Positions 1 through 8,598 of a stretch of DNA of 64,000 bases are shown piece after piece; positions within the stretch are counted from its first letter, which is position 1; every line of letters starts with the position of its first letter. The stretch spans positions 10,550-74,549 of the forward strand of contig CAVUIK010000014.1 in the NCBI GenBank assembly GCA_963741565.1. The letters run 5' to 3'. This stretch comes from an uncultured Alphaproteobacteria bacterium. GTDB taxonomy: Bacteria; Pseudomonadota; Alphaproteobacteria; Rhizobiales; Hyphomicrobiaceae. The translations under genes and the position numbers were made by a program. Below the pieces are notes generated by a model. The model ran no database searches and had not been told where the DNA came from. It saw only the letters and a list, made by a program, of their open reading frames with translations.

Positions 1-573
1 GCGGGCAATCTGTACCAGCCAGTCCTGCATCAGCGGCTGCTGAGTTTTGATTAGGAACTTGTGCAGGACCTCGGTGTCTTCGATCTTGCCCCGCTTGATG
101 ACTTGGGCGCTGAACTCATCGTCGAAAATGCGCGATGGCGACGGTGGCGTGAAACCCTTGGCCTCGAGCCAGTGTGCGGTGGCCTTCATCACGCCTTCGG
201 GGTTCACGTCGCGCGGGCAGATGTGTGTGCACTTGTGGCACGACACGCACTGCCAGATGATGTCCTTGTCGCGCAGCAGCTCGCTCTCGTAACCCATGCG
301 GATCAGATAAATCCAGTAACGCGGATTGAACCGTGGCTCGATAGCGTTAATGGTGCACGCGTTTGTGCAACTGCCACACTGGAAGCAGCGATGAATGTCC
401 TCGCCGCCCGGCATTGCCGCGATCTCTTCCTCCATGCGTTCGTTGTAGTCGGTGACGACGCGCGGCTCGATGAAGGTTGACCAGTGCCCCGACACATCGA
501 TGCCATCGATAACGAGGTTGTCGTGGGTTTTCAGGTCTTCTGGTCGGATCAGTGATTTCTCGTGGATTGGCAT
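1..573 (-). CDS. hdrC2: sHdr heterodisulfide-reductase-like subunit C2; N-terminal 191 codons, 3' end lies beyond the left window edge
   Basis: Absent from the ORF track because it stays open to nt 1. My reverse translation from ATG 573-571 reads MPIHEKSLIRPEDLK...IHRCFQCGSCTNACT...IIWQCVSCHKCTHICPRD...QDWLVQIAR with no stop. It has two ferredoxin-type Cys motifs as in HdrC. The ATG overlaps the TGA of the upstream hyp gene (TGATG). Confidence 0.8.
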   Translation of the reverse strand, partial: MPIHEKSLIRPEDLKTHDNLVIDGIDVSGHWSTFIEPRVVTDYNERMEEEIAAMPGGEDIHRCFQCGSCTNACTINAIEPRFNPRYWIYLIRMGYESELLRDKDIIWQCVSCHKCTHICPRDVNPEGVMKATAHWLEAKGFTPPSPSRIFDDEFSAQVIKRGKIEDTEVLHKFLIKTQQPLMQDWLVQIAR

Positions 574-1481
574 CAGCGCGTCGAGGGGAGCAAGTCCCCG
601 CCTCCCAGGCTGGCAGTGTCACCGGCAGGATGGGACCACGGCCGCAGGTCGGCGCCGCGGCCGTCGAGCCCTAATATCCGCCGCGTATGCTCCAAGGGAT
701 CGGTGGCTCCCGCGTTGAAGTCGGTCTTCAGATAAGCCCCGCCCTGGGCGTTGATGTAGTCGGCGTAGATCTGCGCGCACAGGAGATCCACGTACCACAA
801 CATGTCGCGGAAAATGCCGGTGTCCGCCAGGAACTGAGACAGCTCTTCGCGAAGCACGAGGAAGGTCTCGTGGGTGTCGGGGACGCCGATGACGATGCGG
901 TCGACATCATCGCTGCCGCTCGCCGTGTCGTGCCATATCTCGCGCAGGACGCCCGTGTTCGCATGCGCGTCCCAGACCCACCGGGTCATCAGCGGATAGT
1001 GTTCAGGGTGGGCCGCATGCAGGATCTCAGCGGCGAGATCGCGGATGAAGCGCGGTGGCAAATGCAAGCGCAAAGCATGGGGAGAGGGGGGCGTGCGCAG
1101 GGTGCCCTCGAATGCCGCCACGCGGGCGTCCGCAGTTCCGGGGACATGCGCGTCGTGGAGTAGCGTGACGATGGCGGCGCGCACCTGCGGCCAACCCTGC
1201 TGTGCGATCAAGCTGCCGACGCGACGGCGCACGGTTGGCATAAGCGGTAGGATCTCGTCGAATGCTGCGCGTTCCAACTGCCCGGCGCGGCCGTGTCCGA
1301 GCCTATCCTCCATCACCGCAGCCTTGAGCGCTACGGCTTGAGCGAACCGTTCAATGCCACCCACGTTCTCAGCCGCCGCAATCAACGTGCCCAAAGCCGC
1401 GCGCAGCTTTGGTCCGGAGAGATGGAGGGTCGGCCGTGCGACTGTCGCAGCATGGATATCCACCAGGTCACTCCGCCGCAT
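573..1481 (-). CDS. conserved hypothetical protein in the 'hyp' position of sHdr clusters (between hdrA and hdrC2)
   Basis: The ORF is 573..1556. The version starting at ATG 1481 (MRRSDLVDIH...) overlaps the hdrA stop by 14 nt. I recognise no motif; the call rests on synteny only and the start is uncertain. Confidence 0.6.
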   Translation of the reverse strand: MRRSDLVDIHAATVARPTLHLSGPKLRAALGTLIAAAENVGGIERFAQAVALKAAVMEDRLGHGRAGQLERAAFDEILPLMPTVRRRVGSLIAQQGWPQVRAAIVTLLHDAHVPGTADARVAAFEGTLRTPPSPHALRLHLPPRFIRDLAAEILHAAHPEHYPLMTRWVWDAHANTGVLREIWHDTASGSDDVDRIVIGVPDTHETFLVLREELSQFLADTGIFRDMLWYVDLLCAQIYADYINAQGGAYLKTDFNAGATDPLEHTRRILGLDGRGADLRPWSHPAGDTASLGGGDLLPSTR

Positions 1482-2523
1482 GCGCGTGAGCACTGCCGCG
1501 CGCTGCGGCCAAGGCCGAAAGCGCCGCTGCATTCGCCTGCGCAATGCTGTCGTCAATCGTCTCGGGGCCGATTGCCGCGCCGGCGACGAACACGCCGGGG
1601 CGCGATGTGGCGCCCATAATGCCGTAGGAGTCCTTGCGTGCGATGAAGCCGTGCTTGTGCAGCTCGACGCCGAAGACAGCCGACAGCGTCATGTTGTCGA
1701 CGTTGGGATCCATGCCAATTGCGTGCACGACCATGTCAAAGGGGATCGTGATCGGCCGCTTCACGAGGGTATCTTCGCCCTTCACGATCAGCTGGCGGCC
1801 GTCGCTCGTCACTTCGGCGATCCGGGCCTTGATGTACTTGACCTTGAACTCCTCCTGGCTGCGCCAATAGTAATCGGTCTCGTAGTGGCCGTAGGTGCGG
1901 ATATCCATGTAGTAGATGTAGACATGAGCGTCGGGCAGCTCTTCGCGGATCTCCATGGCCATGTTGGCCGACACAGTGCAGCAGATCTTGGAGCACCATT
2001 CGCGACCGATCTGGCGGTCGCGCGAGCCGACGCACAGCAGGATTGCGACGCGCTTCGGTTTTCGCCCGTCGCTAGGGCATCGCACGCCTGCTCCTGTCGA
2101 GATCATCTGCTCGACTTGCGTCGTCGTCACGACGTCGGGATAGGTGCCGAAGCCCCACTCCGGTTTGTTGTTGCTGTCGAAATGCGTGAAGCCGGTGGCA
2201 AGGATAGCAGCGCCGGCCTCGACGGATTGCCCGTTCGACAGAACCACGCGAAAGGCGCCTGGCGCACCATCGAAGGTCTGCACCTTGGTGTTGAGTGAGA
2301 TCGAAATGGCGGGATCAGACTGGACGCGCGCGACCATGCCGCCGATCGCATCCTTGGCCCACAAGCCGGACGGCACCAGCTTCGCGTACCCCGACAGAAT
2401 GGGAGCGCCGCCGATCTGGTCCATCTTTTCTATGAGCATGCTCGGCTGCCCGACTTGCGACAAGGCATGCGCTGCTGCGAGGCCTGCCGGTCCGCCTCCG
2501 ACGATGAGAATGGGTTTGGTCAT
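1468..2523 (-). CDS. hdrA: sHdr subunit A, FAD/FeS flavoprotein (HdrA-like)
   Basis: 351 aa. N-terminal ILIVGGGPAGLAAA dinucleotide fold. CVGSRD...CSKICC cysteine cluster and C-terminal GVFVAGAAIGP motif, typical of HdrA. Confidence 0.85.
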   Translation of the reverse strand: MTKPILIVGGGPAGLAAAHALSQVGQPSMLIEKMDQIGGAPILSGYAKLVPSGLWAKDAIGGMVARVQSDPAISISLNTKVQTFDGAPGAFRVVLSNGQSVEAGAAILATGFTHFDSNNKPEWGFGTYPDVVTTTQVEQMISTGAGVRCPSDGRKPKRVAILLCVGSRDRQIGREWCSKICCTVSANMAMEIREELPDAHVYIYYMDIRTYGHYETDYYWRSQEEFKVKYIKARIAEVTSDGRQLIVKGEDTLVKRPITIPFDMVVHAIGMDPNVDNMTLSAVFGVELHKHGFIARKDSYGIMGATSRPGVFVAGAAIGPETIDDSIAQANAAALSALAAARGSAHAHAAE

Positions 2524-2533
2524 TGTGCTCTAC

Positions 2534-2654
2534 TCCCTCTCCCGATTGTCTGCATTCCAATGGAGAGGGTCGGGGTGAGGGGCGGCAAAGGGCTCCGAGC
2601 AAGCGGCCACCCTAACCCTCTCCCCGCACAAGTGCAGAGTGCGGAGAGAGGGGA
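2534..2654. repeat. two REP-like imperfect hairpins in the hdrB1-hdrA spacer
   Basis: Hairpin 1: CCCTCTCC (2535-2542) pairs with GGAGAGGG (2572-2579). Hairpin 2: CCCTCTCCCCGCA (2616-2628) pairs imperfectly with TGCGGAGAGAGGGG (2640-2653). They resemble the CCCTCTCCCC/GGGGAGAGGG intergenic palindromes common in Rhizobiales genomes. Confidence 0.6.
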
Positions 2655-2656
2655 TA

Positions 2657-4036
2657 TCATTGCGGCGGCGGCGGGATGACTTCCCGTGTCACCGGCTTGA
2701 ACCCGGGTCCGCTGGTCAGCCGAAGACGTGGATCGTAGAGCTGGTCAGGCTTGGTGCCAGACTGGATCTGGCGCAGATAGGCCTCGAACCCGGCCTTGCT
2801 GGTTTGCCAGTCGATGCCAAGTTTCTCGAGTAAGCCTTCGATGGGTGAGGCGTGCCAGTGCGTCTGCACGATCTTGTAGGGATCGGCGCCACACAGCAGC
2901 GCCGCCATCTGGCAGTCTGCCAAGACGGGCAGCGCCACCTCTTTGCCGTCGCCTTGCGCCTTCGAGATCCACTGGTTCTTGTCGAGGGTGGTGATACAGC
3001 CGGTGTCGTGGCCGATCATCACGTCGGCCTTGGCCTCTTCGACAGCGACGCGAATTTTTCGGTCGATGGCGAACGAGCGCGTGAATTCGCGCTCCGAGAT
3101 GATGTGGCGGAATCCAAAGCCGCAGCAGTCGTACCAGGTCTTGTAGTCGATCACCTGGACGCCCATGGCCTGCATCAGGCCCGTGGAGACGGCGACGCGG
3201 TTGCCGTCAAGAACGCTGTCGTCATAGATCGCATCTTCCGGCACCATCTTGTAGACATGGCAAGCGGGATGGATGGTGGCGCGAACCTGCGAGGCGTCGA
3301 TGATCTGATGCTTTGCAATGTCGCCGCGCACGACATGCAACCATTCGGAATAGTGAACGATCTCTTCGGGAATCAGCAGCTTGCCGTCGACCAGACGTCC
3401 GAGCTTGGCCAGGATCTTCTTCACACTCTCGCGCAGCTTCGCGGAGTGGATCAGATACTGGCGGACCTCCTTGTAGTTGCCGAAGCTCGTGCCGCAGTGA
3501 ACCAGCGGGTAGTAGTGTCCTGCGGTGCCGCCGTGCGCTTTCGCCGAAACGTAGGCCTGATGGAAATTGCGAAGGAATACGGCCGCCAGGCTTTCCAGAT
3601 TGCCGATGCCGGAGCCGTGATAGTTCCACGCCGTGCAGCTGGTCTGGTCGGTCTCGTCGAGGTAGTCGGTGCCAAGCTTGTTCTGCAGCCAGAGGAGCGA
3701 GACTGGATAGCCTGGAATGTTGCCGCACTGACCGCAGCTTTTGTGATGCCAGAGCGCGGTGGTCGGGATCTTCTTGTCCCAGCCATAGAGTGTTTTCACG
3801 GTGACGGGTTTGTGCGCGTCGGTGACGCGGTGGACAACGATCTCGCCATCCTTTTCCAGTTGCCACATGGCGTCGCGGACGTCGGCGACGCGATCCTTGT
3901 TGGTCGCCATCGAGCGCCGGTCGATCCGCTGCTCGACCCATTGCGTCGCGAGCTGCGCCTCGGTGGTCGATAAATTGGCTGGCTTCCATTCGGTACCATG
4001 GCCGGTGAAGCGCTCGCCGTTGGTTGTCTCTGTCAT
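2657..4036 (-). CDS. hdrB1: sHdr subunit B1 (CCG-domain protein, HdrB-like)
   Basis: 459 aa with Cys-rich CCG-type motifs (HKSCGQCGN, WYDCCGFGFRH, GHDTGCITT). It sits between hdrC1 and hdrA as in hdrC1B1A-hyp-hdrC2B2 loci. Confidence 0.85.
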   Translation of the reverse strand: MTETTNGERFTGHGTEWKPANLSTTEAQLATQWVEQRIDRRSMATNKDRVADVRDAMWQLEKDGEIVVHRVTDAHKPVTVKTLYGWDKKIPTTALWHHKSCGQCGNIPGYPVSLLWLQNKLGTDYLDETDQTSCTAWNYHGSGIGNLESLAAVFLRNFHQAYVSAKAHGGTAGHYYPLVHCGTSFGNYKEVRQYLIHSAKLRESVKKILAKLGRLVDGKLLIPEEIVHYSEWLHVVRGDIAKHQIIDASQVRATIHPACHVYKMVPEDAIYDDSVLDGNRVAVSTGLMQAMGVQVIDYKTWYDCCGFGFRHIISEREFTRSFAIDRKIRVAVEEAKADVMIGHDTGCITTLDKNQWISKAQGDGKEVALPVLADCQMAALLCGADPYKIVQTHWHASPIEGLLEKLGIDWQTSKAGFEAYLRQIQSGTKPDQLYDPRLRLTSGPGFKPVTREVIPPPPQ

Positions 4037-4040
4037 GCCG

Positions 4041-4547
4041 TCAGCCCTTCTTCTTCGCCGCCTTCTTCGCCGGCGCCGATTCGGTTTGCGCCATCATCGC
4101 GTCGAGCCGCTTCTGCATTTCTTTTGGGGACACGTCCTCAATATGCTGTTGGAGCATCCAGACATGACCGAAAGGATCCTCGATCTGACCGGAACGATCG
4201 CCGTAGAACTCGTCCGTTGGGGGGCGTGTCAATTTCGCGCCGGCGGCGACAGCTTTCTTGATGGCCGCGTCGCAGTCCTTGACCATGATGGCCATCGCGA
4301 ACGTGGTGCCTTTCAATGACTTCGGTCCGAGAACTTTCATCTCGGGGAATTCATCGGATAGCATCACCACACAGCCGTTGATGTCGAGTTCCGCATGCCC
4401 AAGACGGTTGCCCATGGTGAGCCGGAACCGTTCCTTCGCGCCAAACGCCTTCTTATAGAACGCCACGGCATCCGCTGCTCCCTTCACACGCAGATAGGGC
4501 ATCACGGCTTGGTAGCCGGCGGGGACGTTTGATTTCTTGGCTGGCAT
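4041..4547 (-). CDS. VOC/glyoxalase-fold protein (PhnB-like) with a Lys/Ala-rich tail, inserted between hdrC1 and hdrB1
   Basis: The ORF is 4041..4631. ATG 4547 is preceded by GGAGAC, giving 168 aa. The pattern YQAVMPYLRV...LGHAELDING...YGDRSGQIEDPFGHVWML fits the VOC fold. The stop is only 4 nt from the hdrB1 ATG. Confidence 0.7.
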   Translation of the reverse strand: MPAKKSNVPAGYQAVMPYLRVKGAADAVAFYKKAFGAKERFRLTMGNRLGHAELDINGCVVMLSDEFPEMKVLGPKSLKGTTFAMAIMVKDCDAAIKKAVAAGAKLTRPPTDEFYGDRSGQIEDPFGHVWMLQQHIEDVSPKEMQKRLDAMMAQTESAPAKKAAKKKG

Positions 4548-4652
4548 TGGCGTCTCCGTTTCCGTAGGGCGCAATAGGCCAATGGCCGTATTGCGCCGTC
4601 TCTGTGAGGCGGCGGCGTGCTCCCGGTGCAATGCGCCGCCGGCTATTGCACC

Positions 4653-5393
4653 CTACGCATCCTCCTGCTCTTCGAGGAAGTCTTTCCAGTCGTCGCGCTT
4701 TTCCTGCATGATATCGGTGATGACGTCGAACAAGTTTTCGTCGATACCTTCGAGCTGGTCGAGAACACCGGTCATCTCCCAGATCGTATAGAGTTCGACG
4801 GATGTCTTCAGGTTGACCTCCCAAGCGGTCGCCGTCGTATTCAGGGTTGCCATCGGGATCGCTTGGCGCAGCAACTTCAACGGCGCCTCGACCTTCGATA
4901 TATTCGGACCCCAGTCCGCAAATGCCTGAGCGTTGATCATATCGGGGGCCAGCTGGTTGCCGGTCGAGATCAGCTTCAACATGACACGGCTGAACGGGCG
5001 CAGCACGTCCTTGGCGCTTTGCATTTGATGTTTGATCGCGACTTCGCGCATCAGCATCACGAGGCCGCCGGGCGAATTCTTGAATGGGCAGCGGGCGGCG
5101 CATGTGTAGCACTGCGCGCAGGACCAGATTTTCTCCTGCATCGCGTCGTAGATGCCTTCGAGATTTTCGGTCCACAACAGCTGGACGATCTCGCGCGGGG
5201 AAAAGTCGTAATAGTGGGCGGCGGGGCACGTGGCGGTACAGATGCCGCAGTTCAGGCAGCCATTCAGTTCGTGATCGAAGCGCATGTCGTCTTGCAGATC
5301 GCGGAAGATCGCCTCGAGCTTGGCGCGCGGCACGACGGGCGCCTCGGAGATCGGATCGCCAATGAAATCCTGCACGCGCGTATATGCGCTCAT
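4653..5393 (-). CDS. hdrC1: sHdr subunit C1 (2x[4Fe-4S] ferredoxin-like, HdrC-like)
   Basis: 246 aa. Motifs CLNCGICTATCP and CAQCYTCAARCP. Acidic C-terminus. Confidence 0.85.
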   Translation of the reverse strand: MSAYTRVQDFIGDPISEAPVVPRAKLEAIFRDLQDDMRFDHELNGCLNCGICTATCPAAHYYDFSPREIVQLLWTENLEGIYDAMQEKIWSCAQCYTCAARCPFKNSPGGLVMLMREVAIKHQMQSAKDVLRPFSRVMLKLISTGNQLAPDMINAQAFADWGPNISKVEAPLKLLRQAIPMATLNTTATAWEVNLKTSVELYTIWEMTGVLDQLEGIDENLFDVITDIMQEKRDDWKDFLEEQEDA

Positions 5394-5494
5394 GCGGCCC
5401 TCTCAGCCCAGGCTTGGTCGATTTACCGGCGCGAGCGTAGTCATCAGATTGGGGGTGAGCAAGTAGATATTCAAATTATCGAATATTCTGATCT

Positions 5495-6199
5495 TCAGGT
5501 CGATGATGTGATCCAACCCGTCGCGGAAACGAGGCCTGTCATGATGGGTATCAGCGCGTCCTCAATCGATCGAGTGGCTTGCGCGATCGCTTCGAGGGCG
5601 TCGACTGAGTTGGCGGGCGCGTCCTCGGCTTCCATGATGAGATCCTCAATCATGGCGCGCCGGATGCCCGGATGCCCAGCGAAGCCGAAGGCATTGCGGC
5701 CGATTTGGAAGACGGCGGGTCGATCGGCTGCGTCGATGGCCAGAATTGAGGCATAGGCCGGGGGGCACGGCCGGTCCCGCATGTAGACGGCCATCGGAAA
5801 CGCATCCGGCAGGAAGCCGCCGAGAGCGTCGGGCGTCGAGCGCCGCATCATGGCGAGGTCGAGCACCAGTGGGCTTTGCTCGGCAGTGCCCTCGGCCGCG
5901 AGCGAAAGGATCTGCGCGCCGAGGCCGAATGCGACGACAGGTTTGTCCAGCATCAGGCAGGCGCGAGCGAGGCGAACTTCGGCGTCGAGCGTCGGCAGTA
6001 CGTGATCTGGTGTGGCGGCACCCCAAGGTCCGCCTCCGAGCAATATCAGGCCGTCACCCAGCGTTTCGATGCTCGGTAAATTGCCGCCAGGGGTGAACGG
6101 GCGCGCATAGCCGAAGCGAACGCCCCGCCCTTCGAGATGATCCTCGATGGCGCCGAGCCATTCGGACTGCGTGTGCTGGACGACGGAGACGTACTTCAT
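5495..6199 (-). CDS. class-I glutamine-amidotransferase-like protein, apparently lacking the nucleophilic Cys
   Basis: The ORF is 5495..6223 (GTG). ATG 6199 (MKYVSVVQH...) is the alternative start. It has a GATase1-like fold (LILLGGGPWGA, FGFAGHPG). The usual G-x-C-x-G-x-Q elbow reads AFGLGAQ. Confidence 0.6.
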   Translation of the reverse strand: MKYVSVVQHTQSEWLGAIEDHLEGRGVRFGYARPFTPGGNLPSIETLGDGLILLGGGPWGAATPDHVLPTLDAEVRLARACLMLDKPVVAFGLGAQILSLAAEGTAEQSPLVLDLAMMRRSTPDALGGFLPDAFPMAVYMRDRPCPPAYASILAIDAADRPAVFQIGRNAFGFAGHPGIRRAMIEDLIMEAEDAPANSVDALEAIAQATRSIEDALIPIMTGLVSATGWITSST

Positions 6200-6219
6200 G
6201 GGTTGGCTGGTGCGGGCAT

Positions 6220-7509
6220 TCACACGTCCAGTTCTTCGCCGTCGACGTAGGGGGCACCGGGCTTTTCGCGGCCGAGCTGGTGGCGGATCTTGCGCAGGTC
6301 GGATGGCTTGGGCTGGAACGGATAGCTCGCGATGTTCGATGGCGGGCTGTCACCATAGGGCCGATCGCAGGCTGAGAGATCTTCGCGCACTTTGCCGGGA
6401 CAGCCGGATGTCCTGAACGCGAGACCTTGGTCAATGATCGTATCGAGTTCTGAACCTGGAATACCGAAGTCGGTAATGCGGCCGAGGTCGTCGAAGCGCA
6501 TCTGATCGACGCGCACACCTCGGTAGTCGATGAGATAGCGGGCGAGCTGCACACGCCGCCACTGATCGCGCGGGGTCGCTGGCAGATGATCCATCAGCGA
6601 TCCCTTCTCGGGAAAGAAACAGAACATGTGGCTGTGGCCGCCCATATCGACGAGGCGTTGCACCAGATGTAGGGTCTCTGCCTCGGTTTCGCCCATACCG
6701 ACGATCAGATGCGCGCCGAACTTCTCGCGACCAAAAATGTCGCGCGCGTCCTCCAGGATTTCCCAGTATTTGGCCCACGAATGCGGCGACTGCACCCCCT
6801 TGCCACGCGTGCGGTCGAAGATGTCGGGCGTCACGGCATCGAGCGCCACGGTGAAGATGTCGGCACCAAGCTCATGCAGGCGTTTGACGTCGGCGCGCGA
6901 CATGGTGGTGGGGTTGGACAAGATGGATACCGGCACCGTGGCAGGATCGATGCGGTCCGTCCAATGCTTGAGGACGGTAACCGTATCGGCATCCGAGTTG
7001 GGATGCGTAATCATCGAGATGCACATGCGGTGGAATGGTGTCTTGTTGCCGTCGGCCGCCACCTTCTCGACGATTTCGGCCATCGGAACCGCGGGCCAAT
7101 CGACGCGGATGAAGTTGCGGTCGGCATAGTCGCGATCGGCTTCACGGTGACGCGCCAGTCCGCAGTACGCGCAGTTCGCGCGACAACCTTCGGGATAGGT
7201 CAGCAGCAGGTTGAGACAGCGTGTGCACGCGCAGCCGTACATCTTGCCGGGCATCAGGCCGAGTGTAATCGCGGCCGCGGTCGATATCTGCACGTAGTCG
7301 GGCGAGCGCATGTGGGGCGTCAGGCGGTTATTGTTTGGGAGGTAGACGCCTGCAGGCGGCACGTTCGCGTGTTTGACGCGCGCCCCGTTCTTGGCGTCGC
7401 GCGGCGTGACGCCGGGCTGGCGTGGCTGCATCGCGTCGCTCGCGTTGTGGTCGGCGCCGTGCCGTCCGCTGCGCGAGGGGAGCGCCGCTTCTTGCTTCAA
7501 GCACGACAT
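6220..7509 (-). CDS. radical-SAM protein, candidate LipS1/LipS2-type lipoyl synthase
   Basis: 429 aa. ATG 7509 has a GAGGTGA SD. The CX3CX2C motif is CRANCAYC within a BioB/LipA-like core. It is adjacent to a second radical-SAM gene inside an sHdr cluster. Confidence 0.65.
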   Translation of the reverse strand: MSCLKQEAALPSRSGRHGADHNASDAMQPRQPGVTPRDAKNGARVKHANVPPAGVYLPNNNRLTPHMRSPDYVQISTAAAITLGLMPGKMYGCACTRCLNLLLTYPEGCRANCAYCGLARHREADRDYADRNFIRVDWPAVPMAEIVEKVAADGNKTPFHRMCISMITHPNSDADTVTVLKHWTDRIDPATVPVSILSNPTTMSRADVKRLHELGADIFTVALDAVTPDIFDRTRGKGVQSPHSWAKYWEILEDARDIFGREKFGAHLIVGMGETEAETLHLVQRLVDMGGHSHMFCFFPEKGSLMDHLPATPRDQWRRVQLARYLIDYRGVRVDQMRFDDLGRITDFGIPGSELDTIIDQGLAFRTSGCPGKVREDLSACDRPYGDSPPSNIASYPFQPKPSDLRKIRHQLGREKPGAPYVDGEELDV

Positions 7510-7524
7510 CGATCACCTCATACG

Positions 7525-8598
7525 TCAGGCGGCGCAGGACGATTTCGCCCGGTCTTCGAAGGGGCCGCCGACCTTGATCGAGCAGCAGGCGTGCTGCTGC
7601 ACGTAAGGGCGGCCGATTGCATTTGCCAACGCGACGGCACCGTCGGCCGGGAAGGCAATGCCGTCGAGACCCGCCATGACGGCGTAAGCGTCAGTGACGC
7701 GCTTGTGCATGCCAGCCGGCCGCGCGCAACCGAGCAGGACTTGTTTTTCAGGCAACCGGCAGCGCGCTTCGAGAAAGAACCGGCCGATGTCGCCAGTGGC
7801 GGGCGTCACATACGTGCCAGGCCGGGCATAGAACGGCATGACGACGACCAGGACGAGTGAATGGATGCCGTGCCGAGCGCAAATGTCGAGCGCGTTGGCC
7901 TCGCCGAGGATGCGGCCATAATGCAGGCCGATCACGATGTGCGGGACGACCTCCATGCGCGTCGCGCACAGTGCAGCAAGCGTTGCCTCGAAATCGTCGA
8001 CGGAGCGGTCGAGATGATAGACGTCGCGGATCGTCTCGGTGGCGCCGATGACGTCCATCATAGCCGTGTCGACACCGGCGCTTTCCATCTGCCGCGCGCG
8101 CGGCGCGTCGGTCAGCGCCGAATGGATTGCGATCTTGAGGTGCGGGAAGTCGCGCTTCAGGCCTTCGACGACCGGGAGATAACGCTCGTACTTGATTTCG
8201 TTGCGTCGGTTGGAGCCACCCGAGAGGAGAAATCCCTGGAGGTCCTGCAGCAGGATCAGATCGCGGACCTTCCGATCGAGCATCTCGGGTGACGTCGCGG
8301 GGATCATCGGTTCCAGGATCTTGGCCTGGCAGTGGTCGCAGTCGAGCGCGCAGGCGCCAGCCGTTACCGAGAATGCGGGAAACGAATTCTTGGCGCAAGC
8401 CGAGAGCTCGGACGAGCTATAGTCCTTGAAAGTCGGCGTCGAGAAGCGAATCGATGGTAGCGGCGCGCGTTCGGCGCGGGACTGCAGTTCGGCAACGAGT
8501 GCCGGTTCGAATGTGGCGTCTTCCAGTGGTTCAATGGCGGCGATGTGCCGATGCCAGGGCGTCGACCGGTGTGTGCTCAAAGTTGGTTGTGCCGTCAT
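7525..8598 (-). CDS. radical-SAM protein, second member of the LipS-type pair
   Basis: The ORF is 7525..8724. The internal ATG 8598 (MTAQPTLSTH...) forms an ATGA overlap with the soxB stop (8595-8598). The CX3CX2C motif is CALDCDHC. Confidence 0.65.
   Translation of the reverse strand: MTAQPTLSTHRSTPWHRHIAAIEPLEDATFEPALVAELQSRAERAPLPSIRFSTPTFKDYSSSELSACAKNSFPAFSVTAGACALDCDHCQAKILEPMIPATSPEMLDRKVRDLILLQDLQGFLLSGGSNRRNEIKYERYLPVVEGLKRDFPHLKIAIHSALTDAPRARQMESAGVDTAMMDVIGATETIRDVYHLDRSVDDFEATLAALCATRMEVVPHIVIGLHYGRILGEANALDICARHGIHSLVLVVVMPFYARPGTYVTPATGDIGRFFLEARCRLPEKQVLLGCARPAGMHKRVTDAYAVMAGLDGIAFPADGAVALANAIGRPYVQQHACCSIKVGGPFEDRAKSSCAA

Noticed and set aside
2852-3973. Long plus-strand ORF (373 aa) antisense to hdrB1. 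Similar long antisense ORFs include 1354..2298, 4617..5756, 6709..7860, 8454..9836, 10378..11619, 13160..14413, 19423..20262, 35807..36703, 39474..40271, 41888..42934, 51725..53209, 56614..57591 and 59715..60401.
   Set aside because: They have the Arg/Ala/Gly/Pro-rich, low-complexity composition typical of stop-free antisense frames in high-GC DNA. Each is fully shadowed by an opposite-strand gene with clear family motifs.
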